Below, one piece after another: positions 55,404 through 64,000 of a stretch of 64,000 nucleotides of DNA. A model generated the notes under the pieces. It ran no database searches, had not been told where the DNA came from, and saw nothing but the letters and a program-made list of their open reading frames with translations. This stretch comes from Pelagibacteraceae bacterium. GTDB lineage: Bacteria; Pseudomonadota; Alphaproteobacteria; HIMB59. The DNA is taken from positions 30,945 through 94,944 of the forward strand of contig BOYI01000003.1 of NCBI GenBank assembly GCA_019651435.1. Direction: 5' to 3'. The translations under genes were made by a program, and so were the position numbers. Numbering within the stretch: position 1 is the first letter of the stretch; the number at the start of each line of letters is the position of its first letter.

Positions 55404-57755
55404 TTAGGCTCTAACCCTTGATTTAGTTGGATCGTAAAAAGGGAATGGAACTACTTTTGCTTTAATGCGTTTTTGGTGACCATCAAGTTTTCCAATTTCT
55501 ACTTCTGTATCTAATTCACAATAATTAATATTCATTTTACAAAGAGCAATATTTTTATTTAAAACTGGCGATTTCATTCCACTGGTAACAATCCCAATTT
55601 GCTCACGTCCATTGCCAGAAGGGTGAACGCAATCGCCATGACCACAAATTTCATTGCCTTCAATTTCAAGTCCAACTAGTTTTCTTTGAGGATTGGCTTT
55701 TCTTTCAATTAAATTATCTTTTCCGATAAAGTCATCTTCTTTTGATTTTAAAGGGACTGTAAATCCAATTCCTGCTTCGAAAGGATCTGTTTGATCATCA
55801 AATTCATAATTAGCAAAAATCAATCCTGCTTCAATTCTCACTAAATCTAAGGCGTCAAGGCCCATTGGCGTAATTTCAAACTCTTTACCCGCTTCCATTA
55901 CTGCGTCCCAAATTTCCGCAGCTTTACTTGGATGACAAAAAATTTCATAACCTAACTCACCTGTGTAGCCTGTTCTCGATACCATGATCGGAGTTCCATC
56001 AAGAGTGTGAAGACGACCGACAGTAAATCTAAACCATTCTAAATCCTCTAAAGTAGTTTGATGAGGCGGAGTCCAAACAATCTTTTTTAAAATTTCTCTA
56101 CTCTTAGGACCTTGAACAGAAACGTTATGGAGATTGTCTGTAGATGATTTAATCCAAACTTTTAAACCCATTTCTTTTGCTTTATTTCTTAACCACTCTC
56201 CACAATACTCATCACCACAAATCCATCTAAAATTATCATGAGTCATTTTAAAGACTGTGCCATCATCTAACATACCGCCGTGGTCATAACACATCGCGGT
56301 ATAAACAACTTGTCCTACAGAGAGTTTTCTTATGTTTCGAGTACACGTTCTTTGAAGTAATTCTTCGGCATCTGGTCCTCTTACTTCAAATTTTCTAAGT
56401 GCTGATAAATCCATGATGATTGCTCTTTCACGACAAGCTTCATATTCTTGTAAGGCGCCATAATTATTAAAGTTAGAAGCGAGCCAATAACCTTTATACT
56501 CAACTATGTTTTCTGTTAATGCAGCTACCCTCGGGTGAAACCCAGTCTCTTTGGTTAATTTTGGTTCTGAATCTGCTTTCATTCTGTACGCTACTCCTTT
56601 ACTAAAAGGCTTATTGGGCCTGTAAACTCTAACAAATATGTCTGTTGGATTCCATCCATTTGCAGCATCCACATCATCTGGGCAAGCTGAAGAAACACAA
56701 ACAAGATTTTTTAAAGCTTTAAACATAATGTAATCACCAGGTCTAGACCAAGGTTCATCAAAAATTAGTGAATTGTTTGCATCTATAGCTGTATTGTAGA
56801 AAAGATTAATAGCATTCCAGCCTAATCTTTTTCTCATGGTAAATTTATTCAGAGCATAGTTAAAATTATCTGAGCAATTAGGATGACCAAAATAACCTAA
56901 ATCATCATAAAATTTTGAAGTACACGCTGTACCAAAAGTATCATGTCTTCCCACTGTATCTCTATAAACTTCAATCATTGGGTATTGGTTCTCGTCATAA
57001 TATTTAGAATGAAGCCCAGGCATTGGGAACGCCGACCCCATCAAATATCTGCTATTAGTTGTATCTATGCCAAGTTCTTGGCCCTTGTGAAGTTTATCGG
57101 CATCAAAAGCCATGAAATCAGAGCACTGTCGTCCATAAATATCTATTACTTGAATAAAGTCACCCTCTTGAACTTCATAAGCCATCGCTGTGTATCTTTT
57201 AACAAATATCTCTTCAACAGGATCCATAAGAGGATCTGGTAATAAAAACTCACCTTCCTCTCTTTTTCTCGATCTTTGAACAATTACCCTTAATTCAGAA
57301 GCCGGTATATTTTCATGAGTAATTTCAAATTCACCTGGAGCTGAGATAATACAAATAGAGGAGTCATTTGATGAAAACTCTTCTATGCTATTTGCCTCAG
57401 CTTCTTTAGAGAAAACAAGAACCGATTGGTTTATTGAATTAACATCATGCCCTAACCTTTTTAATTTTGAATAAGCAATTTGTGCTGACTCTTCATTACT
57501 TGTTAAAATTTTTTTTGTTAGCTCACCTTTGTGTTCACTTTTCAAACTTAGTGAAGATAAGCTACACTCCCCTTTAGAATTAAAAGCAACAAGCTCTGCT
57601 TGTTGAAGTCCTTCTATATTAATAATTTTAAATTTATCTCCTGGCTCTAATTTGAGAGTAACTGATCCACCGGCAACAACTAGATAGTTTTCTAAATCAT
57701 CACCTAAAGCTGGCAAACCAGGTTCATAGGGTTTTGTAATTCTGGGTATAATCAT
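55404..57755 (-). CDS. tdm: Trimethylamine N-oxide demethylase (DUF1989 + GcvT)
   Basis: 783 aa; GRQCSDF, GRHDTFGTAC, GHPNCSDNFN, SSACPDD (Zn/Fe Cys motifs) followed by a GcvT domain; adjacent to tmoXWV. Confidence 0.92.
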   Translation of the reverse strand: MIIPRITKPYEPGLPALGDDLENYLVVAGGSVTLKLEPGDKFKIINIEGLQQAELVAFNSKGECSLSSLSLKSEHKGELTKKILTSNEESAQIAYSKLKRLGHDVNSINQSVLVFSKEAEANSIEEFSSNDSSICIISAPGEFEITHENIPASELRVIVQRSRKREEGEFLLPDPLMDPVEEIFVKRYTAMAYEVQEGDFIQVIDIYGRQCSDFMAFDADKLHKGQELGIDTTNSRYLMGSAFPMPGLHSKYYDENQYPMIEVYRDTVGRHDTFGTACTSKFYDDLGYFGHPNCSDNFNYALNKFTMRKRLGWNAINLFYNTAIDANNSLIFDEPWSRPGDYIMFKALKNLVCVSSACPDDVDAANGWNPTDIFVRVYRPNKPFSKGVAYRMKADSEPKLTKETGFHPRVAALTENIVEYKGYWLASNFNNYGALQEYEACRERAIIMDLSALRKFEVRGPDAEELLQRTCTRNIRKLSVGQVVYTAMCYDHGGMLDDGTVFKMTHDNFRWICGDEYCGEWLRNKAKEMGLKVWIKSSTDNLHNVSVQGPKSREILKKIVWTPPHQTTLEDLEWFRFTVGRLHTLDGTPIMVSRTGYTGELGYEIFCHPSKAAEIWDAVMEAGKEFEITPMGLDALDLVRIEAGLIFANYEFDDQTDPFEAGIGFTVPLKSKEDDFIGKDNLIERKANPQRKLVGLEIEGNEICGHGDCVHPSGNGREQIGIVTSGMKSPVLNKNIALCKMNINYCELDTEVEIGKLDGHQKRIKAKVVPFPFYDPTKSRVRA

Positions 57756-57757
57756 GA

Positions 57758-58090
57758 CTAATGTGACATTTTTGAAAATAAGTTTAGCACTACTGCGCCT
57801 ATTACAATTAATGATATTCCAATAATTCCACCTAAATCAACTACGTTCTTAAAAAATATTACACCTAATAATGTAATTAAAACTATTCCTAAGCCTGCCC
57901 AAATTGCATAAACATAACCTATGGATGCAAATTCATTCAAACACTTTGATAGAAAGTAAAAACAAATAATATATGAAACGGCCATGCCTATTGTAGGTAC
58001 AATCTGCGTATAACCTTTTGATAATGTTAAAGAAATAGTTCCAACGACTTCAAATATTATTGCTAAAGACAGATAAACGAATTTAAGCAT
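57758..58090 (-). CDS. Small multidrug resistance (SMR/EmrE-type) transporter
   Basis: 110 aa, 4 TM, AIIFEVVGT with Glu14, YAIWAGLG, GAVVLNLFS. Confidence 0.9.
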   Translation of the reverse strand: MLKFVYLSLAIIFEVVGTISLTLSKGYTQIVPTIGMAVSYIICFYFLSKCLNEFASIGYVYAIWAGLGIVLITLLGVIFFKNVVDLGGIIGISLIVIGAVVLNLFSKMSH

Positions 58091-58093
58091 TGA

Positions 58094-60169
58094 TTAATCT
58101 AAACCTAATGCTTTTTTTCTTTCCTCGGCCCACTTCCTCACAATTACATCTACAGAAATAGCCATTAAAGAAACAAATAAACCTAATGTTATAGCTACAC
58201 CAGGACCATCTTGGGCTCTTGATAATGCTCCAAAAATAAGTTGGCCTAAATCTTCTGTTCCAATAAGCGCTCCTAAAATTACCATTTGTAGAGTGAAAAC
58301 AACTGTTTGATTAACGCCAAGCATAATTGTTGGAAAAGCTAAAGGAATTTCAATATTAGTCCATCTTTGCATTCTTGAAACTCCAGACATGGTGCCTGCT
58401 TCATGTAAAGATGGTGGAACGCTATTTAGACCCCAAACAGTATAGCGAGTAGCTGGAACGGTAGCATAAACAATAGCTGCTATTAACACGGAGGTATCAG
58501 TAATATTAAACAAGAAAATAACAGGTATTAAATAAACAAAAGACGGAAACGTTTCAAAGAAATCACAAACAGATAGAATAAATTTTGATCCTCTTTGAGT
58601 TTGTGCAAAAATTGATCCAACTATTATTCCATTAAGAGAAGCCATAATTACAGCAAATGTTGCCATGTACATTGTAATTAAAGCTCTGTCCCAATATTTA
58701 GACATAGCAATAAATAACATCATACCGCCAACTAATAAGCATGTTCTAATACCACCAATGATATAAGCTACACCCATAGTTAGAGTTAATGTGGCTGCTA
58801 CTGGCATACCTAGATAAGCCTTTTTCATGGGACCTAAAACTTGAGTTAAAAGAAACTTATTAAAAGAGTTAAGAGAATAGAAAAATGTTTCCCAAACCCA
58901 ATCAACAGCTGCATCAATATAGTGAGCAAAAGTAAAACCTTTTTCAATAGGAATAACATATAGGTAATTAATTTTATCAAAGTAACCATTTGCTATAAAA
59001 GCAACGACAGAAAAAATTAAAATTGAAATTCCAAAGATAATTAAAAGCTTATATCTTTCAAAAAAAGTTAAATTTTCAAAATAATCAACTTGTTTATTTG
59101 CCCATGCTTTTGTAAATCGATCAAGAATAACAGCAATTAAAACTATACAAAAACCCGCTTCTGCAGCTTTACCAATTTTTAAACTATTTAAGGCAACTTT
59201 TAAATTAAGACCGAGCCCTTTTGCACCAACAAAAGATGCAATCACAACCATTGCCAGACATTGCATGATAACTGTGTTAACACCGTTTAAAATATCTCGT
59301 CTGGCTGTTGGTATTAAAACTTTAAATAAAAGCTGTCTTTTTGTACAGCCACTCATAAGTCCTGCTTCTACAACCTCAGGTGAAATTCGTTTTAATCCTA
59401 ATATGGTATTTCTTATCATTGGTGGTGTGGCTATTACTATAGTCGCTATAGAACCTGCATGATCGCCCAAACCAAATAATGCGATAATAGGAACAAGATA
59501 TGCAAATTGAGGCATAGTTTGCATCACGTTTAATACTGGTTGTAAGGCTGTCTCAACTTTTTTATCAAGGTAGCCCCATATTCCAAAAGAAAGACCTAGT
59601 ACAAAACAAATTGGAGTTGTAATTAGAACAAATGAAAGAGTTTGAATGGATGGTACCCAATTTCCAAAGATTGAAACGTATAAAGAGCCTATTCCTCCAA
59701 GCAAAGCCAATCGAAAACCACCTAGCTGATAACCTAATAAAAAAGCACCAACTGTTGCAGCTGTCCATGGAAGAGCTGGCCAAGACATCCAATCATTTTC
59801 TTTAAGCCAAGCATCACTGACAAAAATATCTATTATTTTATCGCCTCCTAATAAAAGCTCTCTGACAAAAGTAATTAAAAATAATAAACCTTTTGATATG
59901 GATTTTGTGAATTCACGAAAAGCTGCTTTTTCTTCATACATTTCAAATATGGGATCATATACTTTGAGAGGGAACCATTCATATAAAGCTGCATAAATGA
60001 TTTCATTTAATTTAATTGGTATAAAACCTAATAAAGAAGGAAGCCTCCAGAAATAGTTACCCTCATTTTGTGGAATGAAATGGTATAAAAATAAAAATAT
60101 TATTAATAAAATACCAAACTGAGCTGGTTTTGAAGATCGAATGATATCTAAATAATTCTTATTCACCAA
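58094..60169 (-). CDS. tmoV: TMAO ABC transporter permease (duplicated/fused)
   Basis: Two ProW-type repeats (MQTMPQFAYL...EAGLMSG; FETFPSFVYL...EAGTMSG). Confidence 0.85.
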   Translation of the reverse strand: MVNKNYLDIIRSSKPAQFGILLIIFLFLYHFIPQNEGNYFWRLPSLLGFIPIKLNEIIYAALYEWFPLKVYDPIFEMYEEKAAFREFTKSISKGLLFLITFVRELLLGGDKIIDIFVSDAWLKENDWMSWPALPWTAATVGAFLLGYQLGGFRLALLGGIGSLYVSIFGNWVPSIQTLSFVLITTPICFVLGLSFGIWGYLDKKVETALQPVLNVMQTMPQFAYLVPIIALFGLGDHAGSIATIVIATPPMIRNTILGLKRISPEVVEAGLMSGCTKRQLLFKVLIPTARRDILNGVNTVIMQCLAMVVIASFVGAKGLGLNLKVALNSLKIGKAAEAGFCIVLIAVILDRFTKAWANKQVDYFENLTFFERYKLLIIFGISILIFSVVAFIANGYFDKINYLYVIPIEKGFTFAHYIDAAVDWVWETFFYSLNSFNKFLLTQVLGPMKKAYLGMPVAATLTLTMGVAYIIGGIRTCLLVGGMMLFIAMSKYWDRALITMYMATFAVIMASLNGIIVGSIFAQTQRGSKFILSVCDFFETFPSFVYLIPVIFLFNITDTSVLIAAIVYATVPATRYTVWGLNSVPPSLHEAGTMSGVSRMQRWTNIEIPLAFPTIMLGVNQTVVFTLQMVILGALIGTEDLGQLIFGALSRAQDGPGVAITLGLFVSLMAISVDVIVRKWAEERKKALGLD

Positions 60170-61172
60170 ATAAAACTTTGATAACTTTTGATGGATTTAT
60201 AGAACCAACTACTGAATTTTTTTCATCAACAACTTTTATGGTTTCTTTACTATTTAAAATCTTTTCAGCTACTGTTTCAATGATATCATCTTTTTTAACT
60301 GCTATTTCTCCAGAAGCATTTGGATCAGAGGCATCCATGATTGATTCAATCTTTAATACTTTTTCTCGAGGAACATCTTCAGTAAATTTCTTAACATAAT
60401 CAGTAGCAGGATTTAAAACAATGTTATCTGGTTTATCTAATTGTTCTATTATTCCATCTTTCATAATTGCTATTCTGTCAGCAAGTCTCAATGCCTCGTC
60501 AAAGTCATGAGTAACAAACATAATTGTTTTATTCAAAACTGATTGGAGCCTTAAAAACTCATCTTGCATTTCTTTTCTAATTAAAGGGTCGAGCGCAGAG
60601 AAAGGCTCATCTAAAAACCAAATATCTGGTTCAACCGCTAAAGATCGCGCTATTCCAACTCTTTGCTGCTGTCCACCTGAAAGCTCTCTTGGAAAATAAT
60701 TTTCTCTGCCTTTAAGCCCTACGAGCTCAACCATTTCTAATGCTTTGTGAATGCTATTTTCAGTAGTGACTCCTTTTACCTGAAGGGGGAATGCAATGTT
60801 TTCTAAAACTGTTTTATGAGGAAGAAGAGCAAAATTTTGAAATACCATTCCCATTTTTTCTCTTCTGAGTTCGATTAATTGTTTGCTATTCATGAGGCAT
60901 ATATCCTCACCATCAATTAAAATTTTACCTGATGTTGCATCTGTTAATCTTGATATACATCGTAAAAGAGTAGACTTTCCAGATCCTGAGAGCCCCATAA
61001 CAACAAGCATCTCACCTTGATTTACGTCAAAAGAAGCATTGTTAACACCTACTATGCATCCAGCTTCTTGAAATTTTTTTGCGTCTACATTCCCTCCACT
61101 TTCAGATAAAAGTGTCTGAGCGTTGTTACCAAAAATTTTATAGACAGATGAACAGCTAATGGTTGGTGACAT
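60159..61172 (-). CDS. tmoW: TMAO ABC transporter ATP-binding subunit (ProV type)
   Basis: GLSGSGKST, LSGGQQQRVG, DEPFSALDPLIR, FVTHD. Confidence 0.88.
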   Translation of the reverse strand: MSPTISCSSVYKIFGNNAQTLLSESGGNVDAKKFQEAGCIVGVNNASFDVNQGEMLVVMGLSGSGKSTLLRCISRLTDATSGKILIDGEDICLMNSKQLIELRREKMGMVFQNFALLPHKTVLENIAFPLQVKGVTTENSIHKALEMVELVGLKGRENYFPRELSGGQQQRVGIARSLAVEPDIWFLDEPFSALDPLIRKEMQDEFLRLQSVLNKTIMFVTHDFDEALRLADRIAIMKDGIIEQLDKPDNIVLNPATDYVKKFTEDVPREKVLKIESIMDASDPNASGEIAVKKDDIIETVAEKILNSKETIKVVDEKNSVVGSINPSKVIKVLFGE

Positions 61173-61199
61173 AAATTAAACTCTCCTATGATAAGTAAA

Positions 61200-61227
61200 A
61201 ATTCCTCCCTACAAAGAGGGAGGAATT
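61200..61227 (-). terminator. Hairpin after the substrate-binding gene (terminator/mRNA stabiliser)
   Basis: AATTCCTCCCT-acaaag-AGGGAGGAATT, followed by a T-run on the minus strand. Confidence 0.75.
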
Positions 61228-61240
61228 CAAATTAAAAATA

Positions 61241-62182
61241 TTACTTCATAAATAGATCGATTTGATCTCTGTTATTAGCAATATAAGCAGTTGCAGCTTC
61301 AGCATGAGTCATGCCTTCGTTGTCAACGTAGTTTGCCATTTCACCGATATTAGGTGCTGTAAATTCCATTTTTGTATAGAACTTATATGCAGATGTATGA
61401 GTGATTGGGAACTTAATGTGAGCAGCTTTTTTAAGCCATCCTTTTGGAGAACCACAACCAGTAGTCTCTAAAGTTCCACCATTTTCAAGTCTGCAACCCT
61501 CGAAGTAAGGAGGGAAGTCAATGAAAGTAAATCCAGCTGCATCAGTAAAGTTTGGAGACCAGTTAAAGATAATTGTGCCTCTTCCCTCTTTTTTAGCTGC
61601 TTCTAATTCAGCCCATAATGCATCTGCAGTACCTGCAAATTTAACCATCCACAAATCATCTATACCTAGACCTTTAAGTCTGTTAGGCATCACTTCTGTG
61701 TGCCACTCATAAGGACCTTCTAACCATCTACCTTTGCCTTCTGAGTCAGGTGTAGCAAAGTTAGCTGCACACTCAGGAGACTTAAGAGCTTCCCAACTTG
61801 GAAGACCAGGACATAGTCCTTCTTCAATAACCCAGTTCGGAACACCCATTTCTTCAAAAGTTATAAGATCATGACTTCCAGCATCAATTAATCCACCTTT
61901 ATCCATAGCTGCATAAAAAGGAAGTGCCATTGTGGACTCCCAAGTTTCATGAGCAACGTGTAATTCACCGACACGAACAGCTTCATATCTTGTTGCTGAT
62001 TCAGCAGGAACTAATTCTGCTTCATAACCAAGCTCTTCAAATGCTTGAGCCATAACGTTAGCCATAACGATTTGACTTGACCAGTTTAAAACTGGAATTC
62101 TAATTGGATCAGCTGCTTTAGCTACAGTAGATAAACCAGCTAATAAAACTAGAGTGTAAAATAATGAAAGTAGTTTTTTCAT
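61241..62182 (-). CDS. tmoX: TMAO ABC transporter substrate-binding protein
   Basis: Signal peptide; PVLNWSSQIVMA, CPGLPSWEAL, ALWAEL, FNWSPNF, CGSP.GWLKKA resemble TmoX; context with tdm/tmm. Confidence 0.85.
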   Translation of the reverse strand: MKKLLSLFYTLVLLAGLSTVAKAADPIRIPVLNWSSQIVMANVMAQAFEELGYEAELVPAESATRYEAVRVGELHVAHETWESTMALPFYAAMDKGGLIDAGSHDLITFEEMGVPNWVIEEGLCPGLPSWEALKSPECAANFATPDSEGKGRWLEGPYEWHTEVMPNRLKGLGIDDLWMVKFAGTADALWAELEAAKKEGRGTIIFNWSPNFTDAAGFTFIDFPPYFEGCRLENGGTLETTGCGSPKGWLKKAAHIKFPITHTSAYKFYTKMEFTAPNIGEMANYVDNEGMTHAEAATAYIANNRDQIDLFMK

Positions 62183-62252
62183 TTTTCCTCCATTTCTTAT
62201 TATAATAAGTTGGCTTATATTATGATATTAATGCATGAGCTTGAAGCGAAAA

Positions 62253-62270
62253 AATTCATATAGTGAAACA
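62253..62270. promoter_or_regulatory. Operator-like AATTCA-tatag-TGAAACA upstream of tmoX
   Basis: Degenerate copy of the GTTTCA-N5-TGAAAC motif in the divergent tmoX/alr intergenic region. Confidence 0.55.
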
Positions 62271-62286
62271 AAATGTTCTTTAAATA

Positions 62287-63364
62287 ATGGAAAAAATTGA
62301 TAATAAACAGATTTTCATTCTCAAAAAAAAATCTCCTAAATAACTACAAAATCATTAGAGAAAAAATCTGGAAATTCAAAAATAATGTCTGTAATTAAGG
62401 GAGATGCATATGGTCACGGCATACAAGAATGTATGGAGATACTTAAAAAATCAGGTTGTAGGCATTTTTATGTAGCGCGTTTAGAGGATGCGATAAATTT
62501 AAGAAAAAAAGAATAAAGATAATACAAATATATATTTACTATCTGGTGCTACTTCTAATGAAACATGTAAACTTTTAAAGAAATATAAAATCACTCCAAT
62601 AATTAATAAACTTAAGTCAATTAGAGATTATTACATAAATACTCTGAGTCAATAAAAAATCATTCTACATTTTGATACTGGAATGAATCGGTTAGGTTTT
62701 AAGTTCAGTGAAATTGATTTTATAAAGCAAATGATAAGTTTGGATAATATAAAATTTTTTAATGACTCACTTATCATCAGCTGATGAAAAAAACATAAAT
62801 GAATGTAGATCCCAATTAGGTGAAATTAAAAAAATAAATAATTTTTTTAACAAACCTTTAAGTATTGCTAATTCCTCAGGAATTTTTTTAGGAAAAGCTT
62901 TTCATTTAAATTATGTCAGACCAGGCAAAAGTCTCTATGGAATAAATCCTTTTTTGAAAAAATCATTTGGATTAAAAGGAGTAATGAGTATTTATGCTCC
63001 AATTCTACAAATAGCCTATTTACAAAAAGGACAAACCATTGGTTATAGTAAAACTTACAAAACAAAAAAAAATATGAGAGTGGCAACGATTGATTATGGG
63101 TACTCAGATGGATATTTAAGATCTGGGAGCAATCGTGCTAAAGTTTATATCGATGGAAAGCCTTGCAATGTTGTGGGAAGAGTTTCAATGGACTTGATAA
63201 CTATTGATGTCTCTCACATCGATCAAAATAATTTGTATCTTGGTAAGCCTGTGGAAATTCTTGGCAACAATCAATCTTGTGAAGACCTAGCTTTAGAGAC
63301 AGGGACTAACGAACATGAAATTTTGATTTCTTTAGGTAAGAATTCTAAAAAAGTATATATTTAA
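62287..63364 (+). CDS. alr: Alanine racemase (multiple frameshifts in 5' half)
   Basis: VIKGDAYGHG (PLP Lys), FDTGMNRLG, MTHLSSAD, ANSSG, VRPG..LYG, GYSDGY, GRVSMD. Confidence 0.9.
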
Positions 63365-63368
63365 AAAA

Positions 63369-64000
63369 ATGTATGAAGCTCCAGTCAAAGATTTAAATTT
63401 TGTTATCAAAAAATCTCATAAATTTAGATGAATTAAATAAAATATCTGACTATCAACATTTTTCAGACGACCTAGTAGATGCGATATTAGAAGAGGCTGG
63501 AAAAATAGGATCAGAGGTATTAGATCCTTGCAACTTATCAGGTGATCATGAAGGTTCAAAAAGACTAGACTCTGGGGAAGTTAGAACTCCAAAAGGTTAT
63601 AAAGAAGCATATGAAAGTTTAAGAGATGGTGGTTGGTTTGGCCTGGAAGCTAAAGAGCAATATGGTGGACAACAAATCCCTGTCACCTTATCAGCTGCAG
63701 TTAATGAAATTTGGCATAGTTCAAATATGTCTCTTGCTTTATGTCATTTACTGACTCAAGGATTAATTTATGCATTACAAAAATCAGCTTCAGATGATCA
63801 AAAAAATTTCTATGTTCCTAAATTAGCCTCTGGTGAATGGACTGGTACAATGAATTTAACCGAGCCTCAAGCAGGCACTGACCTATCCTCTATAAAAACA
63901 AAAGCAGTGAAAGAAAATGGTCACTATAAAATTTCTGGACAAAAAATTTACATTACTTATGGGGAACATGATCTATCAGAAAATATTATTCATTTAGTTC
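63369..64000 (+). CDS. Acyl-CoA dehydrogenase (DmdC/MmgC-like), partial, runs off window
   Basis: MYEAPVKD, GTMNLTEPQAGTDL, ISGQKIYITYGEHDLSENIIHLV. Confidence 0.85.

Noticed and set aside
57758-58100. Guanidine exporter (Gdx) with riboswitch
   Set aside because: There are only 3 bp upstream of the gene, and the helix-1 motif is EmrE/Qac-like rather than Gdx-like.

Overview
AT-rich chromosomal segment of a streamlined marine alphaproteobacterium (SAR11-like gene content, but tRNA-His and glnB/glnE point away from Pelagibacter sensu stricto, possibly toward the HIMB59/AEGEAN-169 type; this is inference). Many genes, including essential ones, are broken by single-base indels, mostly in homopolymer runs. 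I read these as long-read sequencing errors and annotate the reconstructed genes. Bases 1-28,100 are housekeeping: nuoA-F, 4 tRNAs, HU, lon, clpXP, tig, glnB-glnA, glnE, dusA, hisI, thrS, two EamA transporters, the suf operon, mnmA, anmK and tyrS. Bases ~28,100-62,200 are a ~34 kb methylated-amine/organic-nitrogen cluster. It contains a recognisable TMA/TMAO/methylamine route (tmoXWV, tdm, tmm, mgdABCD/soxBDAG, mgsABC, gmaS) but no dimethylamine monooxygenase (dmmABC). It also holds a second, parallel module of unknown function: FAD oxidoreductase + divergent glutamine-synthetase-like ligase + a second mgsABC-like triad + a hypothetical protein. A further GS-like ligase has a remodelled glutamate pocket and is coupled to a MetX-like hydrolase. 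Also present are a class I amidotransferase, an Amt with altered pore residues, an SMR exporter and an IclR regulator. A palindrome, GTTTCA-N5-TGAAAC, recurs upstream of several of these operons and ties them into one candidate regulon. The window ends with alr and a partial acyl-CoA dehydrogenase. All functional calls come from motif recognition by eye; no searches were run.
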